DNA of 64,000 bases from a candidate division WOR-3 bacterium (GTDB lineage Bacteria > Hydrothermota > Tepidihabitantia > B3-TA06), in assembly GCA_965649265.1 (NCBI GenBank), contig CBFGKC010000012.1, positions 35,861-99,860 of the forward strand, written 5' to 3'. This document shows positions 20,570 through 29,973 of this stretch, piece by piece; within the stretch, counting starts at the first letter, position 1, and each line of letters starts with the position of its first letter. The notes beneath the pieces were generated by a model, which was not told the DNA's origin, did not search any database, and worked only from the letters and a program-made list of their open reading frames with translations. Both the position numbers and the translations under genes were made by a program.

Positions 20570-20835
20570 TTCTAATCTCCTTTTTAGGATTATAGTATGA
20601 AAACGGGCAAAGTCAAACGTGATTATATGGTGACCGTTTTTCAGGAGGTCTCCACATGAATGCCATTCCAGAAACTGACATTCGGGATTTCTGCATCAAA
20701 ACAGTTTTGCTTGACAAAAATCTTATTTGTGATACAATATATTTGTCTCGCTTAGAGGGGGGGGGTGCCGTTGAGGGGCGCACACCCCAGCGAGGGAAAC
20801 AAAAAAATGGAGCGAAGGGCTCCATGGAGGAAACA

Positions 20836-21295
20836 ATGATAAAAAGAATCACTACAATCGTAATGGCCGCAGTATTCATGGCATTGTTAGTGTCGCCAGG
20901 CGTCTTGCAGGCTCAAGCCCCTGGTTACTGGAAAACAACCTGGGAGGGAGAAGGCCAAGGTGATGTGGAAGGAATATACGTCTTCGCCAACTGGACCATC
21001 GTAAGCAGTTCCAGACCTCTTACTCTGGATGGAAAAAATATCTTCACGAACCTCAGCGGTTGGACTTGCACAGGCTATTTCGGAGGCATTGACGGACACA
21101 TTGACGCATCAGGTTATACTGAAAGCTATGGAACATGGACTACCAATGGCGCTTCACTTTACGGAACATGGTACTTTCAATTACATTGATAGTACGGTTA
21201 CCGACGGAGAGTGGTACTACTGGAATGGTACACGTTATGAATATGGTGGCAATTTCTGGGGTGAAATGACTTCCAACGTATTCATACCTGATTGA
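20836..21295 (+). pseudogene. secreted beta-rich protein with an apparent frameshift near 21170
   Basis: Signal peptide MIKRITT...LQA after GGAGG. Frame 1 ends at 21189; an overlapping frame continues with similar aromatic/Gly composition (GTFNYIDSTVTDGEWYYWNG...) to 21295, followed by a hairpin. Confidence 0.55.
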
Positions 21296-21310
21296 TTAAA
21301 GAGGATTAAC

Positions 21311-21331
21311 GGGGCGGGCATTGCCCGCCCC
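21311..21331 (+). terminator. GC hairpin, putative terminator
   Basis: GGGGCGGGCA-T-TGCCCGCCCC. Confidence 0.5.
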
Positions 21332-21353
21332 TCAAAATTTGGAGGTTTAAAAA

Positions 21354-23888
21354 ATGTCGACTTTTTTGTGGTCTCTCGCGAACCTTATCTTGCAGGGCGC
21401 GACCGTGGTTCCAGAGTTCGTCGTCACAACCGGCGGCGAATTACGCTCCCAAAAGTCTTCCGTAACGGGCAGCGCCAATCAAAAAGGCGCTTATATTGTC
21501 TCATGGCTTGACTCACGTGACGGGGGCTCGCCCATGTCATGGACACAGGCCTATCTTCAGTACGTGCCTGCCTCAGGTCTTCCCCAGAAGCCCAATTCAC
21601 ACTTGAATACAAGCTTAAGCTTCCTTTATCCTGTCATCTCCTCCTCGGTCGTCCTCTTCGATGACGCAATGGCGCTTACCTCGACAACGTGTCAAAGGCG
21701 AGGCATTCAGAATGATTCAATTGGGATAATTGTGGAGAACGCTATCCTGCGGCTGTGGAATGCCGAGCAGGGCTTCGATGGTTCACCCCTGGCCGAGTTC
21801 GTGCTCCCGCTCAAAGCGCCACTGCTTTGTCACTACTCCACCGACCTCTGCCTTGGGATACAAAACCAGGCATCCTCATCCTCTGACACCAACCGGATGC
21901 TCTTCCAGCGCTTCCAGCGCTCGGGACAGTTAATTGCCGACACGGTTTTTATCGACAACGGCACTGTAACATCGGTTACAATAAATGACGCGGGTGATTT
22001 TGCAGTGGCTTATAAATCTTATCCATCAGGTGCATTCTGCTTTCGAAGATATACAGCCGACAACTCGGCTTTGGGTGAAGCGGTGGTATTCGATCCGAAA
22101 ACGACATCTCTTGCGCTAGCAGGCGACCCGAAAGGAACCCTTTTATGCGCCTGGGTTGAATATGGTGAAGATTACAACTATTACATCTATACAAGGCGAT
22201 ACACGTCTGCAAACACGCCTTTAGGCTCAAAACAACTCATCTTCGAGTCTGGCAACATGAACCCAGGAAAACTGACCCTTGTAAAGGCTCAACAGGGAGG
22301 CTATCTCTTATGCTATAATCTTTTCGATACCTATATGCTGGATTTCTCCGATTCCCTGTACGGTGTTCTGCTGGATAGCTACGGAGTCATCAAAGGCGGC
22401 GCCTTTACCATCAACCAGGCAGAGGGCTCCACATCCGGTATCTTTGAATTCTGGACAACCGCCTCAAAGGACGGCTATACGGCGGCGTGGATTGAGGACA
22501 ATGTTGTTTTCACAAGGCCAATCTCCTCCAGCGGTATCCTTGGCGCAGAGCTTACCGTATCCGATGACCAGCTAGGCTATCACGCCCAGTGGAACGAGTC
22601 GGTGCTTGAACCGCAGAGCGGCTTCTTCGTTCACTGGAAAGAGGGATTATCCCATTTCGACGCTCAAGGTCTGCCCACAATACCAATATGGAAGATGGAT
22701 ACCCTCAAGTGCACCTATCCTTCGTTAGGACTCGACAGTAATTTCTATCTTTCATTCTTAGTTCAGAACAGAGACAGCGTGTACGTTCAGCGTTTCACGA
22801 AGGAAGGCGCTCCAGAGGTCCCTGCCCGAGGCATGGGTTCGCTCGGAGGTAAAAAGTGCAGGCAAACGGCAGTCGCCGCAGGCAAGGACTCCGAGGGCGT
22901 AGTCTTCTGGTCACAGGCGGTTAATACGTATAATGTACGCCTCTACGGTCAGCGCTTCGGTGCAGACGGTTCAAAAACAGGCGTGGCGTTTCTGGTGGAT
23001 AGTTTCTACAACAGGGGTAACCTGAGGGCTTTTATGTTCGAGGATGGAAGTTTTGTTGCGGGCGTCGCGCAAGCAAGCAGCGGGGCTTACTGGCTCCACT
23101 TTTACAAGGCTTCTGGTGAAAAGGAGATGGATGTTTATGCCACCGACTGGAGTACTTATCAAAGCGGCACGACCATGATCTCGAATTCCAAAGATCGCAT
23201 CGTTGTTGCCGGAATGAACCTTTTGAGCGACACGCTCTTCTTCAAGGTGTTCGACAGGCAGTTCAACCAGATAGGCGGCCGCCAATTTATAGCCACCTCC
23301 CATCTTTTTCATGCTGAGCCTTACTTTCTCGCCGCGGCCATGTCTCCATCGGGCCGTTTCGTCATTGCTTGGATGGAGCTTGACGATGCGGGCAACATGA
23401 ACCTCTGGGGCGAACTCTTTTCGAGAGACGGCGAGCCTATCACCGCGCCCTTCCGGGTCAACGACGCGGACCAGTGGCCGTACTCATTCCAGTTTTCGGG
23501 TCCGCGCGGCGTCTCCTGCACCGATGACAGGATACTCTTCACCTGGCTCGAAAACCGCACGCACCGGGGCTGGGACGTTGTTGCCAAGGTTACCGACTGG
23601 AACCTTACAGGCATCACCTCCCCTCCCGTAACACCCGCAACACACCAGCTCCCCTCAGAAGTGGAGATAACCTCACCGATCGGCCCGACCGTCACTCTTC
23701 ATTACTCCAACTGTCCGAACGGCTTCCGTGGGCGGGTATTCGACGCGTCGGGAAGACAAGTGGATGAGATACAATCACCGCAAAGCGAGGGCACAATCCA
23801 ATGGGGGAAGTGTTACGGGTCTGGAGTGTACTTTATATTTGCTGAGGGGTCAAAAGCGAACCCGGCCAGGGTAGTGCTCATTAAATAA
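21354..23888 (+). CDS. large secreted beta-propeller-like protein with T9SS-type-A-like C-terminal domain
   Basis: Repeated Q.F...G / G.F.V.W blades; C-terminal ...VFDASGRQV...WG....SGVYFI....VVLIK. Confidence 0.7.
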   Translation: MSTFLWSLANLILQGATVVPEFVVTTGGELRSQKSSVTGSANQKGAYIVSWLDSRDGGSPMSWTQAYLQYVPASGLPQKPNSHLNTSLSFLYPVISSSVVLFDDAMALTSTTCQRRGIQNDSIGIIVENAILRLWNAEQGFDGSPLAEFVLPLKAPLLCHYSTDLCLGIQNQASSSSDTNRMLFQRFQRSGQLIADTVFIDNGTVTSVTINDAGDFAVAYKSYPSGAFCFRRYTADNSALGEAVVFDPKTTSLALAGDPKGTLLCAWVEYGEDYNYYIYTRRYTSANTPLGSKQLIFESGNMNPGKLTLVKAQQGGYLLCYNLFDTYMLDFSDSLYGVLLDSYGVIKGGAFTINQAEGSTSGIFEFWTTASKDGYTAAWIEDNVVFTRPISSSGILGAELTVSDDQLGYHAQWNESVLEPQSGFFVHWKEGLSHFDAQGLPTIPIWKMDTLKCTYPSLGLDSNFYLSFLVQNRDSVYVQRFTKEGAPEVPARGMGSLGGKKCRQTAVAAGKDSEGVVFWSQAVNTYNVRLYGQRFGADGSKTGVAFLVDSFYNRGNLRAFMFEDGSFVAGVAQASSGAYWLHFYKASGEKEMDVYATDWSTYQSGTTMISNSKDRIVVAGMNLLSDTLFFKVFDRQFNQIGGRQFIATSHLFHAEPYFLAAAMSPSGRFVIAWMELDDAGNMNLWGELFSRDGEPITAPFRVNDADQWPYSFQFSGPRGVSCTDDRILFTWLENRTHRGWDVVAKVTDWNLTGITSPPVTPATHQLPSEVEITSPIGPTVTLHYSNCPNGFRGRVFDASGRQVDEIQSPQSEGTIQWGKCYGSGVYFIFAEGSKANPARVVLIK

Positions 23889-23891
23889 ACC

Positions 23892-23931
23892 GGGGTCCCC
23901 AAGGAAATACGGAGTATTTCCTTGGGGTGGA
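23892..23931 (+). repeat. GGGGTCCCC-stem hairpin element
   Basis: GGGGTCCCC AAGGAAATAC GGA GTATTTCCTT GGGGTGGA. Confidence 0.7.
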
Positions 23932-24094
23932 GGCAGCCTGTCAAGTTTTTGTCCATAAAATGGAACTTGACTCAGTTCGCGAAATAAACCTTGACCGATG
24001 CTAAATAAGCAATATGGCAAAGCGTTGAGGGATGCGGTTCAGACACTTGACGGTGAAGGTTGACTTATGCTTCGATCCGTATTAAACTTACGTT

Positions 24095-24361
24095 ATGACT
24101 CTTGCTCACGAACTGTTGAAAGTCGCAGCGCTTGCACGAATTGAGCTGAGCGTAGAGGAACGCGGGAACCTATCGAGGGAGTTCGAGACCATTGTTGCAT
24201 ATTTTGCCGAGCTGCAAAAACTTACGCTTGAAGGTGAGATGGCGCTTGACTATCCATGCCCGTGCTATCCGGACGTCCCCATAGAATATGACATTGATAT
24301 AGATAAACTTAGCAAACACACGAAAGAGGGATATTTTACTATCCCCCCGCTTTTTGAATGA
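24095..24361 (+). CDS. gatC: Asp/Glu-tRNA amidotransferase subunit C
   Basis: VAALARIEL, IV.YF..L and GYF.IP motifs; leaderless promoter TTGACT-N17-TAAACT-N6-ATG. Confidence 0.85.
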   Translation: MTLAHELLKVAALARIELSVEERGNLSREFETIVAYFAELQKLTLEGEMALDYPCPCYPDVPIEYDIDIDKLSKHTKEGYFTIPPLFE

Positions 24362-25767
24362 GTGGAAGTCTGCCCTCAATAAAAGAGTTAGCGACACTAA
24401 TCGAGTCGGGTAAGTTGAAGTATTCTGCGATATACGAGACGATCCGCGAAAATGTCGCAAGTTATGAGAAGGAAGTCAACGCTTTCATCAATCTTTTTCT
24501 TGACGAAGCGATGAACGAAGCACAAGGTCTCGATCGGGGAACGCAGAAGGGATCGAAACCGCTTAAGGGCGTCCCGGTGGCCGTCAAAGACAATATCCTG
24601 GTTAAAGGCAAGCCGTGCACGTGCGCCTCGAGGATACTTGAAGAGTTCATTGCCCCTTACGACGCAACCGCCGTTACACGTTTGAGGGATGCTGGTGCCG
24701 TGATTATTGGCAAGACCAATATGGACGAATTCGCAATGGGTTCATCCAGCGAAAATTCGGCCTTTGATCCAGTGCGGAACCCTCTGGATCGAGAAAGGGT
24801 TGCAGGCGGTTCATCGGGTGGTTCGGCGGCCGCGGTGGCCTACGGTGCAGCGATTGCCGCACTCGGTTCAGACACAGGCGGATCGGCCAGGCAGCCCGCA
24901 TCTTTCTGCGGACTTGTGGGATTCCGGCCCTCATACGGCAGGATATCACGCTGGGGGCTGGTCGCTTTTTCATCCAGTCTGGATCAGATATGCCCGATTA
25001 CGAAAACCGTCGAGGACGCCGCACTTATCTATTCGATCATTTCAGGCCCCGATCAATTCGATTCGACAACATACCCCGGAAAGCCGGAGAATCCGGAGTT
25101 TACAAAAAAGGACGTGAAACCGGTAAAGGTCGGCGTCATAAAGGAGTGCTTCGAAGGGCTTGAAGACCGGCGAATCAAAGACACGGTGCTCGAGCCTTTC
25201 AAGGAAGGAAGGTTCGAGATGGTGGAGGTGAGTGTACCCCTCGTGCGCCTGTCCGTAGCAGGATACCAGCTTCTCGCTATGGCTGAGGCTTCCTCGAATC
25301 TTGCGCGCTATGATGGAATCCGCTTCGGGTTAAGAAAATCGAAACTAGGCTTAAGGGAAACTTACGAGGCAACCAGGGGTGCTGGGTTCGGAGATGAAGT
25401 TAAACGCCGCATACTCATAGGGACATTCGGCCTTTCAGCAGGTTACATAGATGCATACTACAACACGGCTCTTCGCTATCGTTCGGCTCTTGCCGCCGAG
25501 TTTAAAGAAGCCTTCAAACGAGCGGATTTTCTTCTTTCTCCGACCACCCCGACGCCCGCCTTCAAGCTCGGAGAAAAGGTAACGGATCCCCTCTCGATGT
25601 ATCTTGCCGATATCTACACGGCTCCTGCGGCTCTGGCCGCGTTGCCCGCCATATCAGTCCCTGCGAAGACAAATGTCGACGGATTGCCGATAGGAATTCA
25701 ACTAACCGCCCCGAGATTTGAGGAATCGGCTCTTCTGGAGTTTGCACATGTCATCGAACAGATCTGA
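24358..25767 (+). CDS. gatA: Asp/Glu-tRNA amidotransferase subunit A
   Basis: Amidase signature GGSSGGSAA, GSDTGGS, SSNLARYDG, EVKRRI. Confidence 0.96.
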   Translation: MSGSLPSIKELATLIESGKLKYSAIYETIRENVASYEKEVNAFINLFLDEAMNEAQGLDRGTQKGSKPLKGVPVAVKDNILVKGKPCTCASRILEEFIAPYDATAVTRLRDAGAVIIGKTNMDEFAMGSSSENSAFDPVRNPLDRERVAGGSSGGSAAAVAYGAAIAALGSDTGGSARQPASFCGLVGFRPSYGRISRWGLVAFSSSLDQICPITKTVEDAALIYSIISGPDQFDSTTYPGKPENPEFTKKDVKPVKVGVIKECFEGLEDRRIKDTVLEPFKEGRFEMVEVSVPLVRLSVAGYQLLAMAEASSNLARYDGIRFGLRKSKLGLRETYEATRGAGFGDEVKRRILIGTFGLSAGYIDAYYNTALRYRSALAAEFKEAFKRADFLLSPTTPTPAFKLGEKVTDPLSMYLADIYTAPAALAALPAISVPAKTNVDGLPIGIQLTAPRFEESALLEFAHVIEQI

Positions 25768-27205
25768 GCCGCCCCCCCTCCTCGATTACGAAGTCGTCAT
25801 AGGCATGGAAGTCCATGTACAGCTGGCCACCCGTTCCAAGATGTTTTGCCGTTGCGAGATAGATGTTGATGCGACCCCGAACACCAAGGTTTGTCCCGTT
25901 TGCCTCGGGCTTCCCGGGGTGCTCCCTCAAACCAACGCCGAGGCAATAAGACTCGGCCTCACGGCCGCGCTTGCCCTCGGATGTGCTGTAAATCATAAAT
26001 CCCGGTGGGCTCGCAAGCACTACTTTTCCCCGGATCTTCCGAAGGGTTATCAAATATCCCAGTACCATTATCCGCTTGCAGAAAGGGGAACGGTTAAATT
26101 GCCGGGTCTTGAGAAGAGTATAAGAATCCGAAGGCTGCACCTGGAGGAGGATGCCGGAAAGCTCATACACTCGGCGCGCGAGACCCTCGTGGATTTTAAT
26201 CGTTGCGGTGTTCCCCTTGCGGAGATAGTTACAGAACCTGATATACGGAGCGTAGAGGAGGCGGATGTCTATTTAAGGGAACTCAGGCTCGTGCTCAGGG
26301 CGATCGGCGCTTCGGATGCGGAGATGGAACGAGGGCATTTTCGCTGCGAACCCAACATAAGTGTGAGGCCGAAGGGACAAAAGGAACTTGGAGTGCGTTC
26401 GGAGATAAAGAACTTGAACAGCTTCAAAGCCGTGCGCGACGGCATAGAAAGAGCGATCCAGGATCAGATCGAGCGGCTCGAGGCAGGCAAGGAGATTGTT
26501 CAAACAACCTATCTTTGGGATGAGAAACGAAGAGAGCTGAAGCCTATGAGAGCAAAGGAATCGGCGGCCGATTACCGCTATTTCCCCGAACCCGATCTGC
26601 CGCCGCTCATTCTCGACGAAGCGGAAGTCAACCAGATTCGTTCAACCCTTCCCGAGCTTCCCGCATCAAGGCGGCAGAGCCTGCTTGCGTCAGGCCTCTC
26701 GGAACAAGACGCGGAAGTGCTTGTCGCCGAAAGTAATTGGGAGAAATATTTCAAGGAACTCCTGGATAAAGGCGTTTCGACAAAGGAGGCCTCCACCTGG
26801 CTTCTCAACGAAGCGCGCGGCATAATGGCCGAACGCAAGCAGTCGCTTGAGGACTTCAAAGTGAGCCCGGACCAGATGGCCGCGCTCATCATGTTTTTAC
26901 GCGAGGGCAGGCTCACAAGGCCTTCCGCAAAGGAGCTTTTTGAAAAGATGGCGGCCAGCGGCAGAAATGCCGAGGATCTTATGAAAGAGATGGATCTTAG
27001 CGCGGTCTCGGATACGAATGTCCTTGATGACGCCGTGAAGAAAGTGATCACCGCGAACCCTGACCCGGTAACACGCTACAGACAAGGCAAAGTGGAGATT
27101 CTGGGCTTCCTTGTCGGGCAGTGCATGAAGGAACTAAGAGGCAAGGCAGATCCCAATCAACTCAAGGAAGCGCTCTTGAGAGTACTAACTTCCAAGGAGG
27201 ATTAG
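25748..27205 (+). CDS. gatB: Asp/Glu-tRNA amidotransferase subunit B
   Basis: IGMEVHVQL, RLHLEEDAGK, EIKNLNSF, DYRYFPEPDLP. Confidence 0.96.
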   Translation: MSSNRSEPPPLLDYEVVIGMEVHVQLATRSKMFCRCEIDVDATPNTKVCPVCLGLPGVLPQTNAEAIRLGLTAALALGCAVNHKSRWARKHYFSPDLPKGYQISQYHYPLAERGTVKLPGLEKSIRIRRLHLEEDAGKLIHSARETLVDFNRCGVPLAEIVTEPDIRSVEEADVYLRELRLVLRAIGASDAEMERGHFRCEPNISVRPKGQKELGVRSEIKNLNSFKAVRDGIERAIQDQIERLEAGKEIVQTTYLWDEKRRELKPMRAKESAADYRYFPEPDLPPLILDEAEVNQIRSTLPELPASRRQSLLASGLSEQDAEVLVAESNWEKYFKELLDKGVSTKEASTWLLNEARGIMAERKQSLEDFKVSPDQMAALIMFLREGRLTRPSAKELFEKMAASGRNAEDLMKEMDLSAVSDTNVLDDAVKKVITANPDPVTRYRQGKVEILGFLVGQCMKELRGKADPNQLKEALLRVLTSKED

Positions 27206-28153
27206 TTGAAGAATTACGATAAAGGAATTCTGACCATCGTCAGAGATTGTCTGGGAACGAAGAGAGGGGAGCGGGCGATTGTAATATGTGACGCGCCTAA
27301 ACGCAAGATAGGTGCGGACCTTTTTGACGCGCTTGTGGCGGCCGGAGCCGAAGCGTCGCTCTTCGAAATAATCCCCCGCAAGCAGCACGGGGAAGAACCT
27401 CCGAAGTACGTTGCAGATCTTCTGAAAACCGCTGATGTGTTTCTGATTCCGACATCCAAGTCAATGACTCATACACAAGCCCGTAAGGGCGCCATTGTAA
27501 ACGGTGCACGAGGGGCAACCCTTCCGGACGTGACCGAGGGGATGATAGCCGGACCTATTCTTGTAAATCACACGGAAATAGCAAAGCGTAACGAGAAACT
27601 TCTAAAGCTTCTGCGGAATGCAAAAAAGATTCGCATCACGACAAAAAAAGGCACCGACATCGAGATCGTTACCGAGGGCAGGGCATTTCTCGCCGACAGC
27701 GGCGTCCTCACCAAACCTGGTTCGTTTTCGAATCTTCCTGCAGGCGAGGTTTACGCCGCACCGTGCGAGGGAAAGAGCGAGGGGCACGTCGTTTTCGATG
27801 CCAGTTTCTCAGGCATAGGAAGACTTTCCGAACCCATTATCATAGAAGTCGAACGCGGCAGAGCCGCAAAAATCAAAGGCGACCGGGGCAGGCTTTCGAA
27901 GATGTTGGACGCCGCCGGCCCCCAGGGTAGAAACCTTGCCGAGATAGGAATCGGTACAAACGACAAAGCCCGAATCACCGGTTTTGTTCTCGAAGACGAG
28001 AAGGTAATGGGAACCATTCACCTGGCTTTCGGGGACAACTCGAATTTCGGTGGAAAGGTCAAGGTTGACGTGCATCTAGACGGCCTTGTCATGAGGCCGA
28101 CCGTTACCGCCGATTCAAGGATCATAATAAAGGATGGCCGTCTCGTTATTTAG
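27206..28153 (+). CDS. aminopeptidase, M29/aminopeptidase T-like
   Basis: NLPAGEV, LAEIGIGTN, EDEK..GTIHLAFG and HLD motifs. Confidence 0.8.
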   Translation: MKNYDKGILTIVRDCLGTKRGERAIVICDAPKRKIGADLFDALVAAGAEASLFEIIPRKQHGEEPPKYVADLLKTADVFLIPTSKSMTHTQARKGAIVNGARGATLPDVTEGMIAGPILVNHTEIAKRNEKLLKLLRNAKKIRITTKKGTDIEIVTEGRAFLADSGVLTKPGSFSNLPAGEVYAAPCEGKSEGHVVFDASFSGIGRLSEPIIIEVERGRAAKIKGDRGRLSKMLDAAGPQGRNLAEIGIGTNDKARITGFVLEDEKVMGTIHLAFGDNSNFGGKVKVDVHLDGLVMRPTVTADSRIIIKDGRLVI

Positions 28154-29933
28154 GCTGCTTCTCGCGCTCCTAGTCGTGGGAGTGCAGGAAGGCCGGATTC
28201 GCAGGATTCGCTTTGAAGGAAACAGGCATTTCTTTAGTTCCAAGCTCGCAAACACCATCAGCACGGTACGCAAGGACTTCTATTCTGAGACGAAAATCAC
28301 CGCCGATTCAGCCAGACTGGTTGAGTTTTATCACAATCAGGGTTTTCCCTGGGTACAGGTCGCCGTCGACTATGAATCGTCCAGGAAAAGGCTCACTTAT
28401 AGTATAACAGAAGGGCAGCGACTGCATGTAGAAAGAATAAGGACCTCAGGAGCATCAAACGAGGATGCCGAGGCTTTCCTTTCAAAAATCCCTCTGCGGA
28501 GAAATACACCGTTGACCGCATTCGGGCTGTCTGAGGCTCAGAGGATCACAAAAAGATATTACCAGGAAAGAGGTTATCCCTATCCGGTCGTTACCGTTGA
28601 TACGACAAGCACGCTGTCCCGAGTGGACGTCAAGATATCCGTCGTACCGGGGACTGAGGCTTTCATTTCACGTATCGATTTTCTAGGTGTCCCGGACTCC
28701 GTTATCAATCACAAATTCCTTTTTTTGACATCCCGTCTCAAATCCGGCGAGTTGTATTCCATCTCAAAACTTGACAAGGCATCAAGATTTCTTTACGCCA
28801 CTTCGCTCTTTTCGAAAGTGGACATAAGTCCTTCGCGACCGTCGTCTGCAAGTGAGGATTCGCTTGATATCTCCATCCAGTTGACCGCGGCCAAGATGCG
28901 CTCCGTACTGCTGGGTGCAGGTATAGAAACTTCGGACACTTCGTTCATCCCTGATCGCTTTCTGCTCTCAATCGGCTGGGAACATATTAACCTTTTTCAT
29001 CGTGGAGTAACCTTCTCCATACAGACAACATGCAATCCTACCTTCAAGGGTAATTACGATCTGAGTTTGAATGTAGTCAATAGATATCCATTTTTCCTGC
29101 CCTGGGGCATTGCACTTTCACTTTCACCATACTTCGAAAATTCCTACATTCGTTCTGACTCGTCGACCCCTAATAAGACCTCTTACACCGTCGGAGGTGA
29201 GGTTGGACTTGACAAGGAAATCTCCGAGAAACTCCTCGGAGGGGTATCCATGCAGTTAAAGCGAAACTGGTCCTTCATTGATAACCTGCCTTACTCTCCA
29301 ATAGATGAAATAGGAAAAACCAATTTCATGAGACTTTATTTCATTTATGACAGCCGGAATGATTTCTTTAATCCATCTGCTGGTATCTTTTTCTATCCTT
29401 ACGCGGACTGGGCAGGCAAGCCTTTCGGAGGAGACAACCATTTCGCACGCGTCGCAGCCGACTTCAGGAATTATCTCGCCCTCCCATTCAAGTCTGTACT
29501 TGCCTGGCGGATTCGCGCCGGGATAATTATTCCACATTCGGGGATGGATCCTGAGTATATTTCGCATTATGAAAAATTTACGCTCGGAGGACCAGGCAGC
29601 GTGCGAGCTCTCTCCGCAAAATCAATAGGACCCGATTTTGTGTCGAGTGATTCCACGCGCTGCGGAACCTTCCTGCTCGCCCACAGCATGGAAATCAGAA
29701 CACCGTACGCCTTCGGTTGGGTCGGGTTAGCGTTTTTCCTGGATGCAGGCATCTGTGCCAGGGACCCGAACCATATAGGGCAAGATGACTGGGCCTGGGG
29801 CCCGGGCGTCGGTTTGCGCATCAACACACCCATAGGCCCTGTACGTCTGGATTACGCCAAGAGTGCCCGGACCCCATACCACTGGTCCGATGATATCGGG
29901 AGATTTGAGCTTGGTTTTCTCCACTCGTTTTAA
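28134..29933 (+). CDS. BamA/TamA (Omp85) family outer membrane protein
   Basis: POTRA-like repeats, GGPGSVRA (VRG variant), GVGLRINTPIGPVRLDYA and terminal F; adjacent to TamB. Confidence 0.85.
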   Translation: MAVSLFRLLLALLVVGVQEGRIRRIRFEGNRHFFSSKLANTISTVRKDFYSETKITADSARLVEFYHNQGFPWVQVAVDYESSRKRLTYSITEGQRLHVERIRTSGASNEDAEAFLSKIPLRRNTPLTAFGLSEAQRITKRYYQERGYPYPVVTVDTTSTLSRVDVKISVVPGTEAFISRIDFLGVPDSVINHKFLFLTSRLKSGELYSISKLDKASRFLYATSLFSKVDISPSRPSSASEDSLDISIQLTAAKMRSVLLGAGIETSDTSFIPDRFLLSIGWEHINLFHRGVTFSIQTTCNPTFKGNYDLSLNVVNRYPFFLPWGIALSLSPYFENSYIRSDSSTPNKTSYTVGGEVGLDKEISEKLLGGVSMQLKRNWSFIDNLPYSPIDEIGKTNFMRLYFIYDSRNDFFNPSAGIFFYPYADWAGKPFGGDNHFARVAADFRNYLALPFKSVLAWRIRAGIIIPHSGMDPEYISHYEKFTLGGPGSVRALSAKSIGPDFVSSDSTRCGTFLLAHSMEIRTPYAFGWVGLAFFLDAGICARDPNHIGQDDWAWGPGVGLRINTPIGPVRLDYAKSARTPYHWSDDIGRFELGFLHSF

Positions 29934-29973
29934 GCGCCGAAGGGGTGATCTGCATCCCGCCCTTCATCCCTAC

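Noticed and set aside
20570-20830. oriC next to rpmH
   Set aside because: No DnaA boxes or dnaA gene are visible.
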